From Felis catus (taxonomy: Eukaryota), in contig NC_058368.1 of assembly GCF_018350175.1 (NCBI RefSeq), forward strand, positions 221,652,001 to 221,716,000: DNA of 64,000 bases, given 5' to 3'. The notes beneath the pieces were generated by a model. That model did not search any database and was not told the origin of the DNA. It saw only the letters and a program-made list of their open reading frames with translations. This document shows, in pieces, positions 12,001 to 22,600 of this stretch (its first letter is position 1; every line of letters begins with the position of its first letter). The translations under genes were made by a program, and so were the position numbers.

Positions 12001-12923
12001 AACAAATGAATGGAAATCACAAAGTTCTGGATGTTTCAGACTTTACTGTGGCGGAATTCTTTTCACAGAAATAGCTGAATATTTTTTATCCAAAACTATA
12101 ATAACTAAGTATTTCATTGGACGATTTTTATTTTAATAGCTACAATATCTTACACTTGTTATTTATTTACAAAGGTGTTTTTCTATCCGGAGATGGAATT
12201 ACTTCATTTTCTGAAGAGAAAATGAAACATTGAAGTTTGTTGCTAATGTGGCTAATTACAGAGAAATTAAATATCAACACTAAAAATTTTCTAGAGTCTA
12301 GAAATACCTCGACTTCACTTTTATTATATCTCAGTTTGAGTTCCTATTTCCTAGGTAGTTTGGGTGATGCAAATTATATTTGTCAAGAATATAAGACATA
12401 CTTAACTATCAATACTTCAAGTTAAAATCACTATCATAATATGATTAAAAGCAGGATTTATTTTTGTGTTTTCCTACTGAATCATTTGTATATAGTATAC
12501 TAGCAATTGTTTTATAAAACTCAACACTGGTGGTAGATAATGGACATCTGTACTCCTGGTAAAAATGTAGTGATTCCAACATTGAATTAAAAACAACACC
12601 TTTCATCAATCCCAGGGTGTGCGTTTTAAGTATTTATCATTTGTGCTTTCATGGCATTAGTTTGATTTTTGAGAATCTCTATGACACCTTCACATTTAAA
12701 TCAATATGACTGGTAAATAAAATCTTCATTAATTAGGTCAAACAATAAAAAATAGAACATTTGATTTCTCCTGAAGGCTATGCTTAGCAGACAAACCAAG
12801 AAAAACTTTGGGGGTGAAAATCTGATCATAACTGGCCAGATTATTTGGTAGCCCAAAGAGCAGTTTGTTTGCAGATAAATGGCTAATTGTATTTAAAAAG
12901 TTGGATTTTAAATTGGGAAACAA

Positions 12924-13193
12924 GGAGTGCCTGGGTGGCTTAGTCAGTGAAGCCTCCGACTCTCAGCTTCGGCTTGGTCATGATCTCACGGTTTGTGAGT
13001 TTGAGCCCCACATGGAGCTCTGCATTGACAGTGTGGACCCTGCTTGGGATTCTCTCTCTGTCCCTCTCTCTCTGTGTGCCCCCCCACCCCCCGCTCTCTC
13101 TCTCTCTCTCTGTGTCTCTCTCAAAAATAAAATGAAATAAAACAAATAAAAAATAAAATAAAATAAAATAAAATAAAATAAAATAAAATAAAC
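12924..13193 (+). mobile_element. CAN-SINE with (AAAAT)n tail
   Basis: Head ggagtgcctgggtggcttagtc; TSD tgggaaacaa at 12914-12923 and 13195-13204. Confidence 0.95.
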
Positions 13194-14329
13194 CTGGGAA
13201 ACAATTTAGACCACAATGTAGCAATGAACTTGTGCAAAAACTATACGCATTGCTCTTGTCCCCACCCACCCCCCCCCTCCCATTTTATTTGCCAATCTAT
13301 AGATCAGCCCATCTCTGGCAGATTTCTTACACATTGAAGAAACGAATACTGTTTTGCTTCTTTCAGGAATTACATTGTTCAAGTGCAGTGATTAGTGAAT
13401 ATTTCTTTCATTCATTGATCCATTAGTTCATACAAACTTAACTCCTAGCCCTTTGGGATCTGAACTGCAGCTGATGTTAAGCTTATTCTCAAATTACTTC
13501 TTTAAAAGTCTATTCTAGGTAGTTTCTAATTAGACACCCCCAGATGGTATGAATCAAGCAGCTGTAATCCCAGCTGGGAACAAGTGTGAAGAAAATGCTC
13601 ATCTTTTTTTTTTTTTTCTTTTAATTTCTTAGCCTTTTTCCCTCTCTCACAACTTTCAATATTCTCACAATTTTTACAGACTCTGAGTACTGTAAATCAT
13701 TGGATCATATGCTCTGGAATACTAATAAGATATCCTGTTGCGGCAGTGAAGATGCAGGGTCTATGGATGTAGTAGACCACCTTGACTTTTAATGATCCAT
13801 CTAAAAGCTATTTAATGAGAAATGGGCCCCTGGATTAAAAGTAATACCAACAACCCTTCACATACTTAAATCTCAAGGCTTTTGGAGCATATCTATTTTC
13901 CCTAGCTCTCCATCATTTTCCCAAATCTTTTTAAAATCCCTTTCAGGCCTTTTAGGTTATGGCATGTGATTGATTAATCCACTAGTTTGGGTCTATCGTA
14001 ATATCTACACCTTTGAGATGATTGATTCATAAAAAATAAAGTTATTAACTACTAAAACCACAAATATCAAGCACTTTATATGCTTTTATTGTACAAAGCT
14101 GTTACTTCAAACGTTATCTCATTACTTCTAACAACTGTAAGTTACATTCTTACTATACTACATTCTTCCTCTACAAATGAAGAAACCAAGGGTGAGAGAA
14201 GTTATATAATCTTCCAGTGGCAAACAAGGAATGTGATAAGCGGGGAGTTATCCTAATAATATTGAACAGTATTGAGTGTCTGCAAAGAATCAGACAGTGT
14301 GCTCACATTCTCAATGGATATGTTATATT

Positions 14330-14460
14330 CAAGACTGTTTTATAATGTTTCTTCCAAACCTGGATATTTTTATCTAGGACAAATGTCAAATAAATAGGAT
14401 GATTGGAAATAGCTGTAAGCCAGGACGGACTCTGGCAAACCAGGATGTAGGATCACTATG
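14330..14460 (+). mobile_element. MER94/MER81-like hAT-Blackjack relic
   Basis: tccaaacctggatatttt...gtaagccaggacggactctggcaaaccaggatgtaggatcac resembles the recalled MER94 ends. Confidence 0.5.
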
Positions 14461-14490
14461 ATTGCATCTTGTGTAAAAACTTCCAGATAT

Positions 14491-14656
14491 GGGGCGCCTG
14501 GGTGTCTCAGTCAGTTCAGCCTCCGACTTCGGCTCAGGTCATGATCTCACAGTTTGTGAGTTCGAGCCCCGCATCAGGCTCTGTGCTGACAGCTTGGAGC
14601 CGGGAGCCGGCTTCACATTCTGTGTCTTCCTGTCTCTCGGCCCCTCCCCTGCTCAT

Positions 14657-14693
<37 letters not shown>

Positions 14694-14728
14694 AATAAAT
14701 AAACGTTAAAAAATTAAAAAAAAAAAAC
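14491..14728 (+). mobile_element. CAN-SINE
   Basis: ggggcgcctgggtgtctcagtcag head, B box gagttcgagccc; perfect TSD aacttccagata at 14478-14489 and 14729-14740. Confidence 0.97.
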
Positions 14729-14980
14729 AACTTCCAGATACATGTAGAGTGGAAAAAGAGACTTAAAAAACATTCCTCAGGAAACATAAACTAGCAAGTG
14801 GTAGTGTCACCAATGATTTATCAGAGTCAAACACTTAAGCATTGAACAGTTCTCTCTACTCAGTGTTATTGGTCAGTCCTTTTCAAGGCCCCTTTTATTG
14901 CTCCAAATAAAAGTGCCCTCCACAGCTCACTAAAGCCAGTCCTCCTTTCACACCCTCTACCATTTAAATTTGTGATTTGA

Positions 14981-16415
14981 AATAGACCAATGGAATAGAA
15001 CAGAGAACCCAGAATTGGACCCACAAATACATGGCCAACTAATCTTTGACAAAGCAGGAAATAGTATCCAATGGAAAAAAGACAGTCTCTTTAGCAAATG
15101 GTGCTGGGAGAACTGGACAGCAACATGCAGAAGGTTGAAACTAGACCCCTTTCTTACACCATACACAAAAATAAACTCAAAATGGATGAAACACTTAAAT
15201 GTGAGACAGGAAACCATCAAAATCATAGAGGAGAAAGAAGGCAACAACCTCTTTGACCTCAGCTGCAGCAACTTCTTGCTTGACATGTCTCCAAAGGCAT
15301 GGAAACTAAAAGTAAAAATGAACTATTGGGACTTCATCAAGATAAAAAGCTTCTGCACTGCAAAGGAAACAATCAACAAAACTAAAAGACAACTGACGGA
15401 ATGGGAAAAGATATTTGCAAATGACATATCAGATAAAGGGCTAGTATCCAAAATCTATAAAGAACTCACCAAACTCCACACCCAAAAAACAAATAATCCA
15501 GTGAAGTAATGGGCAGAAGACATGAATAGACAGCTTTCCAAAGAAGACATGCAGATGGCCAACCAACACATGAAAAAAGGCTCAACATCACTCGTCATCA
15601 GGGAAATACATATCAAAACCAGACTGAGATACCACCTCACACTGGTCAGAGTGTCTAAAATGAACAACTCAGGGAACAACAGATGCTGGTGAGGATGTGG
15701 AAAAACAGGAACCCTCTTGCACTGTTGGTGGGAATTCAAACTGGTGCAGCCACTCTGGAAAACAGTGTGGAGGTTCCTCAAAAAACTAAAAATAGAACTG
15801 CCCTGCAACCCAGCAATAGCACTACTAGGAATTTATCCAAATATACAGGAATGCTGATTCATAGGGGCACGTGTACCCCAATGTTTACAGCAGCACTTTG
15901 AACAATAGCCAAATTATGGAAAGAGCCTAAATGTCATCAACTGATAAATGGATAAAGATGTGGTTTATATATACAATGGAATACTACTTGGCAATGAGAA
16001 AGAATGAAATCTGGCCATTTGCAGCAATGTAGATGGAACTGGAGTGTATTATATCGAGTGAAATAAGTCAGTCAGAGAAAGACAGGTACCATACGTTTTC
16101 ACTCATTTGTGGAACTTGAGAAACTTAACAGAAGACCATGGGAGAAGGGAAGGGGAAAAAAATAGTTACAGAGAGGGAGGGAGGCAAACCATAAGAGACT
16201 CTTAAATACAGAGAACAAACTGAAGGTTGATGGGGGTGACGGGGGAGAGGGAAAAATGGGTGATGGGCCTTGAGGAGGGCACGTGTTGGGAAGAGCACTG
16301 GGTGTTGTATGGAAGCGATGAATCATGGGAATCTATCCCCAAAACCAAGAGCACACTGTATACAGTGTATGTTAACCAACTTGACAATAAATTATATTAA
16401 AAATGAATAAATAAA
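14981..16415 (+). mobile_element. 5'-truncated carnivore/felid LINE-1 (ORF2 C-terminus, 3'UTR and A-rich tail)
   Basis: Translation DPQIHGQLIFDKAGNSIQWKKDSLFSKWCWENW...IKIKSFCTAKETINK is L1 ORF2p. It has aataaa plus (taaa)n tail and TSD taaatt(t/a)gtgatttga at 14965-14980 and 16416-16431. Confidence 0.97.
15015..15509 (+). pseudogene. Inactive L1 ORF2p fragment (post-RT region), ending in a premature TAA
   Basis: The ORF-track peptide has the hallmark L1 ORF2 motifs (WKKDSLFSKWCWENW, LTPYTKINSKW, EWEKIFAN). No EN or RT domain is present. Confidence 0.93.
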
Positions 16416-17880
16416 TAAATTAGTGATTTGAGAGGTATTTCTACAGCAGAAATACCTCTCAAATCACAAATAATTATTCATACTTGCTATGTCACTAGCT
16501 AAGTGATAGTTTCTGATGTACATAACTAACACTGAAATATCAGTGAATTGAATTGTATTACCCTGAAGAAAACTTTTACATTCAAAGTAAATGATTCAGG
16601 GTAGAATTTCAGGATGACATTTTGGGCTTTGGGATTTTCCAGGCTATGTGAGGTAGCATTATCAGTCACATTGGCTCATGAGCACATTTCCAAATAACAA
16701 ATCATAATTACCTGAAATTGCTCAGTTTTCCTGTCTTCCAAATGTACTTGATTAGCTTGAAAATTAAGCATTTAATAGTTCTGATTATGCATGCTTGCAT
16801 TGGAAAGTTCTCTGTCTGCCACCACCAAAAAAAAAAAAAAAAAAAAGTCTAAATTCCTCCCTACTGCAGATAAGCCCAGGAAAGAACAATAGAGAAAAGA
16901 AGAGAATGAAGGAAAGTAGGAATCAACTAAGTACAAGATAAGTTGGAAAAAATGAAAAAAAGAGAAGAAATAGATGTAATATCTTAGAATCATTTGTGCA
17001 TTCTGATCTTCCTGTCTGTCTTACCACTGCCCAACCCCTAACTTCTCATTAACATTCCATTTGCTTCCTGGATAGTTGGACAATAAGATGTATGTTATGA
17101 AAGGATACTTATCACCATGTATTTTTTCCCTAATCACAGATTTGCAGGTAATTACCCCGTCACTACATTCTGGAATGGAAAATACTTCATTCCATGTATC
17201 TGAAAACTATTTTAGAACCAGGAGAGAAGAAATATAGAGAGTTAATTTTCACAAATTAAAACTACACCTTGTTTTGTGTTTCAAACGGAAAGAACCTTCC
17301 CCATTTCATGACAACAAAGACAGTCACTTGGTTTCATACGTTTGATGCTGACTGGGAAATGAAGATATGGAAAACTAACACAGCCTAATTTCGAATATGC
17401 TTATGGCTTCCCACTTGCCCTTTGCTCTCTAGAAGTGCTGTCATTGCCATAAAGCTCCTACTTATTTCATCCATCCTGAAAATATGTGCAGGGAAAGTGA
17501 ATTCCGACTTGTCTACTAAGATCCAAACTGTAATTTATGGATGCGCAAAACATCAAGGAGGAAAATCAAGAATAATTAAAGAACCAAAAAAAAGTGCCAG
17601 ATTTAAGAGAAAGAACATAAAAATTAAAGACATAATTTGTACAACAAATGTTGCTAGTCACCCAAAAATGCAATATAGAATGTGGATTTTGCCATTTTCT
17701 GGATTATTCAAAACTCTAATAAAATTACACTGAGAAGATAAAATTGTAACAGCAATAATCAGTTTATTGGCAAAGAAATGAAAGAGGCCGGAAGTAACAT
17801 GTAAGGCTCATTTAAGAGTTACTATATGTTATTTTAAAAAGCTCTTGATAAGGTTGACAAAAGACATGAGCATATATTTA

Positions 17881-18098
17881 CTTTTTATTATTTTTTAAAA
17901 ACATTTATTTACTTGAGAGAGAGAGAGAGACAGGCATGAGTGAGGGAGGGTCAGAGAGAGGGAGACACAGAATCCAAAGCAGTATCCAGGTTCTGAGCTG
18001 TCAGCACGGGCCCAACGCAGGGCTTGAACTCATAGACCACAAGATCATGACCTGAGCTGAAGTCAGATGCCTAACTGACTGAGCCACCCAGGCGCCCC
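17881..18098 (-). mobile_element. CAN-SINE
   Basis: Reverse head ...ctgagccacccaggcgcccc; perfect TSD acatgagcatatattt at 17864-17879 and 18100-18115. Confidence 0.97.
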
Positions 18099-18479
18099 AA
18101 CATGAGCATATATTTTAAAGAAGGACACAAATGGTTAATAAACCCACATATAGCAGGACACAGCCCCTCTCCTGCCTCCCTCTCCTGTCCTTCTCCAACT
18201 CTTGATATTCCTCCACGTAGCTCTTTGAATTCTGCAACGCTTCAGGAACAATATCCTGTATTGTCTCAATTTCTAACCTCTTATTGTCTTCATTTTCATG
18301 CTCTTGCCAGCACGGGGTCTTCCCAGAGAATATTTCTCCCCTGCAAATTCCTGTCAAGTGATAGCTGATTTTTTTCCCCCCCTGAAGCCTTTGTCCAAGA
18401 TGCTCTGGAGGTGAGAATGAGTGTTTCATTTTCCTCCTTGTTGTTTCTGGACCATTTTTTTTCCTATGTTCTCCCTAAA

Positions 18480-19330
18480 TCCCCTCAAAACACTTGAAAA
18501 TTTACCCTAAGCCCACTGTTAATCTCTTTCCAGTGCTACCATGTCATAATTCTTGGCAATTTCAATTTCCATAAACATGATAGATGATTATTCTAAATCT
18601 CTAGCCTCTTTTCCTCATTTCATTATTAATATTTCCGGTATTGAGTGTAGTCCCTGCAACCTCAATTTCAAGCTACTTAATTTCTGACCACAATCCTTCC
18701 AGGTTTTTCCCCCTCTCATAACCGAATTCTAATTATCTCCCTCCAACATACTCACACACACTGGAAACTATTATTCATTTATTTTAATATATTTTTTGGT
18801 ATTTAAACTCCCCCCATCTGTGGCTTTACATCCTTCATTACAACCATCTTAAATTTTATCATTGATCCTTATTATCACTCCCTCGCATATACCTTTTAAG
18901 TTCTTTGCCCTGCCTCTTGTTAATTCCGCCTCTCTGCTTACAGTATATCCACATCAGTGACAGCGTAATGTGGCTGGAGGAGATATACAGTCTGATGGCT
19001 TGTCTGCTATGACCACAAATTGCATTCCATCGGCTGTCCAACCAGACTCCCCTGATCCACGGAGTCTCCTACCGAGTCTAAAACACCCTCTTCATATGTT
19101 ATGCTGTTTCCTCAAACTTCTAACGTCTTCTCCTTCATACTGTCTCTCAACTGATGTCCTAGCTCAGTATTTATTGAGAAAATAAAATCTGTCAAAGGAG
19201 AATATCCTCCCAGCACTTCTCCCTCTGTACCCACATCTGTACATATACTTTGCCTTCACTCCTGTTACTACTGGAAAAGACCAAGCCCTGCAGTCACATC
19301 CTGATTTCCATTCACTTTTGCTCATTCAAG
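18480..19330 (+). mobile_element. L2 internal (ORF2 endonuclease) relic
   Basis: gtc ata att ctt ggc aat ttc aat ttc cat reads VIILGNFNFH (GDFN motif) and att tct gac cac aat reads ISDHN (SDH motif); C/T-rich L2-like composition. Confidence 0.7.
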
Positions 19331-22149
19331 GATATGATTCAAGCAAGGTCTCTCTTCCTTCTCTGTTTCTTATGGAACCAAGGCTACTCCTGCTTTAGAA
19401 CATCAAGGGGGTTACTTAATTGTTGGAGTTAATAAAATGTTTTTTGTCATCAGTCTTGTCCTTAATACTTCATTCAACCAAGTTCTTAAGCCATAAGGCT
19501 GGCACATTCACATATGGTGGTAAAGTTCGTGGTTGGAATGACATTAACTAAAAGATTTTGGTGCCTAAGGAAAATCATATCAGAGAGAGAAAAATAGGCA
19601 GAAAGGGAGAGAGAGAAGAGAGAGAATTGGCATTGTTTGGAAACTGGACTAAGATATTAATTGGGTCTAGTCAACAAGTTAGGTGCTTTCTGAAATACCC
19701 ACCAATGGCTAGGAGATGAGGAACGTCACATCGCCTGTGTAAACCTCATCTATCGAATTTAAGCCACATCAACAGTTATGTCACTGAATTGTCTAAAGCA
19801 ACTCAAAGTAGGGCAGTTTGATTCCCAGGGCATCTCAACACGATCCCAAGTCAGTGGATAGTGTGTAAAATTCAGTTTGTATTTCTCAGTTGTGGTCTGC
19901 AAGAACCCTGGTAGCTTCCTGAGCCAAAATATGCACAACACATCAAAGAGTCTGACATATTTTTTTTCCTAAAAAAAAAAAAGAAGGTTACAGATCAATC
20001 TGAACTTTCAAGAGAGATGAAAGACTCTAACATCTAAAGAAAGATGACAAGATGTGTATTTTCGTGACAAAATATAATTTAAAACCTCTTCAGATCCTCC
20101 CCCACAAGATGCCAGAAATCATTTCTTTTTTCCCCCAAGAGCAGATTAGTGGAGTCATAATTCACATTCAAGAAAATGGAATAGAAAGTCAGAGGTATAT
20201 AACACTCTGCTTTCAAGTGTTCTGAATGTATTTCCTGGTCTGCTTTTGCTATGGTTGGGGGCCAGACTATGTGCATATTCTTACCCTTATTAGTTAAACA
20301 TTGAATATTGTAGAACAATTCCCAGTGATATAAAAAAGTATCTGTTCTTGCATATGGGTGACTGAACTGATGCTCATAGTTCTTGTGTCTAAATTTAGCT
20401 GCAGGAATGCAAAAACATGCACAGAAAAGGCTAATCGAAGAAGAACCAATGAATAAATAAATGGAAATATTTCTTATAACTGACAGTGCCATTTTATGTG
20501 ATGGCAGTAGATTCTACTAAAATGTAACATATTACTTTTAGTTTTGACCAAATGTGGCACATTGTCAAAAAAAGTTCTGAGGGTTTTGACGGAAAAATAC
20601 TCGTAGAGGAATTCAAGAGTCACATTCAAAGACATTCATATCAATATTAGAGGCACACATCATATCACACCAGAGTGTTATTGTCAACTATAATTAGAGG
20701 CTTATCTCATTTTCTATTATTTCACTTAAAAAATGAAGGGCCTATTTAGTCAAATATTTCAGAAATACAATGTTTTAGAAAAGGCTTGAGAGGCAGTTTC
20801 CTTTAGAGCCACTGTTAAATATATTCATGATTTTTTTTCAATTGTCTTTTTTTTTCCACAAGAGAAAAAGCTGTAGAATGGATTACAATTTTCAGGAAGA
20901 CTCTACGTATACTAAAGCAGTGTGAATGTGGCCTCAGGAACATTCAGGATTCAATCCCATAATCTTTGCTGCTGTAGTAATGCTATAAAACTTTTTCTTC
21001 CTTTGTTTTTTACTTTTTTCTTGTTTGTTTGTTTTTTGTGTTTGGCTCAGTTTCTCCATACAAAGAAAACGATAGCCGAATTCTTAATTAAATTGAGTAT
21101 GTTATATTCCCCAGGAAGATGTACAATTTCATATCCTATTGTATAGGGATAGTTCTAATTGATTATCTCAATCAGTAAAAGCATCAGTGAACTGTGTCAT
21201 AGTGAGTATGAATTTCTAAATAATATAGTTATTTCTTTCAACCCCAAATTCTGAGAATAGATAGCATAAGTAAATCTATGTAAAAAGTGGGTACCTTTCA
21301 ATAATTGTGGCTACTCAGCATTAAAAACAAAATTTTCACATTGGCCTCAAACTTAAGTCACATAAGCGAAAGCTATTAAATCCTTGCATTGTCCAACATT
21401 AATATGCTTCAGAAAGACCTATCTTCCAGCTATATGAAGTAACCATAGAAGAGATAGAATGTGAGTTAAGGACAACAGTGAGACAAATCAATCACAGTTG
21501 TTCCTCTCAGTTGTGAGACTTACAAGAAATTAGAAATGATTGCAGGTAGCTAGTGAACAGTGAGAAATTAGATACATCATCCTCACCTTCGTTCATTCTT
21601 ATTGTCTCACTCTTTCTTCCCCAGTTCACGAGGGAAAAGCACCTGATGACTCTAGTTGTAAATTTTCGTTTTCCTTTTTGAAAGTTTGAATCAGCAATAG
21701 CATTAGCAGAGTTATTACAGTTTGAGCATTGATTGCTTAAATGGGAAAAGTAAGTAGGAGGAAGGAGACAATAGGCTAATTCTTCTCTGGCAATCTGAAG
21801 CTCTTAACTTTCTCCACTGTGAATACAGTATACATCTAATATATCATAACTGCTAGCAGTCTGACAATCAGCTGTAAGCCCTCAAATCCGTAGAAGAGAA
21901 ACTTCAATTCACTCATGTCAACAGCGATTAAAAAATACTGATCTAAACCCCTATCCAATAGGGTGAGAAAGCAAGAAGAAAGCAAGAAGCATTTTAATGG
22001 CTAAAAAGTACACCCAAAACCCCTGTGACTTATATGAAATAGCACTCCAAACTTATAGAAAGATATTAATAAAACTACTACTATATGTTAAAAAGCAACA
22101 GATTTATAGGCATGAATATTCTAGAAAGATTGCTATATATTCTGTACAC

Positions 22150-22300
22150 AACTAGTAGAGAAACCAGAAACAATGTAGCTTACAAAAGGCATAGGAGCAA
22201 AGAAAATTTAAAAGCCGTCCTCAGTATTTGAAAATCTGGAAGGAAGAATGTACTCTTTAATTTTGTTCTGGGAGACAAACCAAGTTCCACGAGGACTAGA
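22150..22300 (+). mobile_element. CR1/L3-like relic
   Basis: aaagccgtcctcagtatttgaaaatctggaaggaagaatgtactc..ttttgttctgggag resembles the L3 3' part. Confidence 0.4.
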
Positions 22301-22444
22301 AGAAAACTACTCTCATCTATTCTTAGGGGTAGAAAGAGAGCTGGGATAGAGTGGGAGTGGGGTTGTTAGTTGGGGCAAGATCTCATTCAGTGTAATTAAT
22401 AAGTAATGTTGAGAATAGATTAATAAAAATGAATTTTACGTTGG

Positions 22445-22600
22445 TTATATTATATATGTATATATATTACGTACATTATATATACATACATTATATGTAT
22501 TAAATATTATATGTATGATATATAATATGTATAATGTATTATATATTATATGTATTATATATAATATGTATAATGTATTATATATATATATATATAATAT
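22445..22600. repeat. AT-rich minisatellite-like block with a duplicated tatataatatgtataatgtattatat unit
   Basis: Seen directly in the sequence. Confidence 0.85.

Noticed and set aside
12288..12304. tttctaga-g-tctagaaa palindrome resembling a heat-shock element
   Set aside because: The 8-bp AT-rich arms are plausible by chance and the nGAAn phasing is wrong.
14957..16387. Minus-strand ORFs of 109, 117, 75 and 61 aa
   Set aside because: They are antisense translations of the L1 fragment.
17788..17795. Perfect ETS motif CCGGAAGT
   Set aside because: Single motif with no CpG island or supporting cluster.
20079..20492. 137-aa minus-strand ORF as a single-exon gene
   Set aside because: No recognisable homology, and its N-terminus is the translation of a polypyrimidine tract. 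Only the internal 114-nt segment is kept as an exon candidate.
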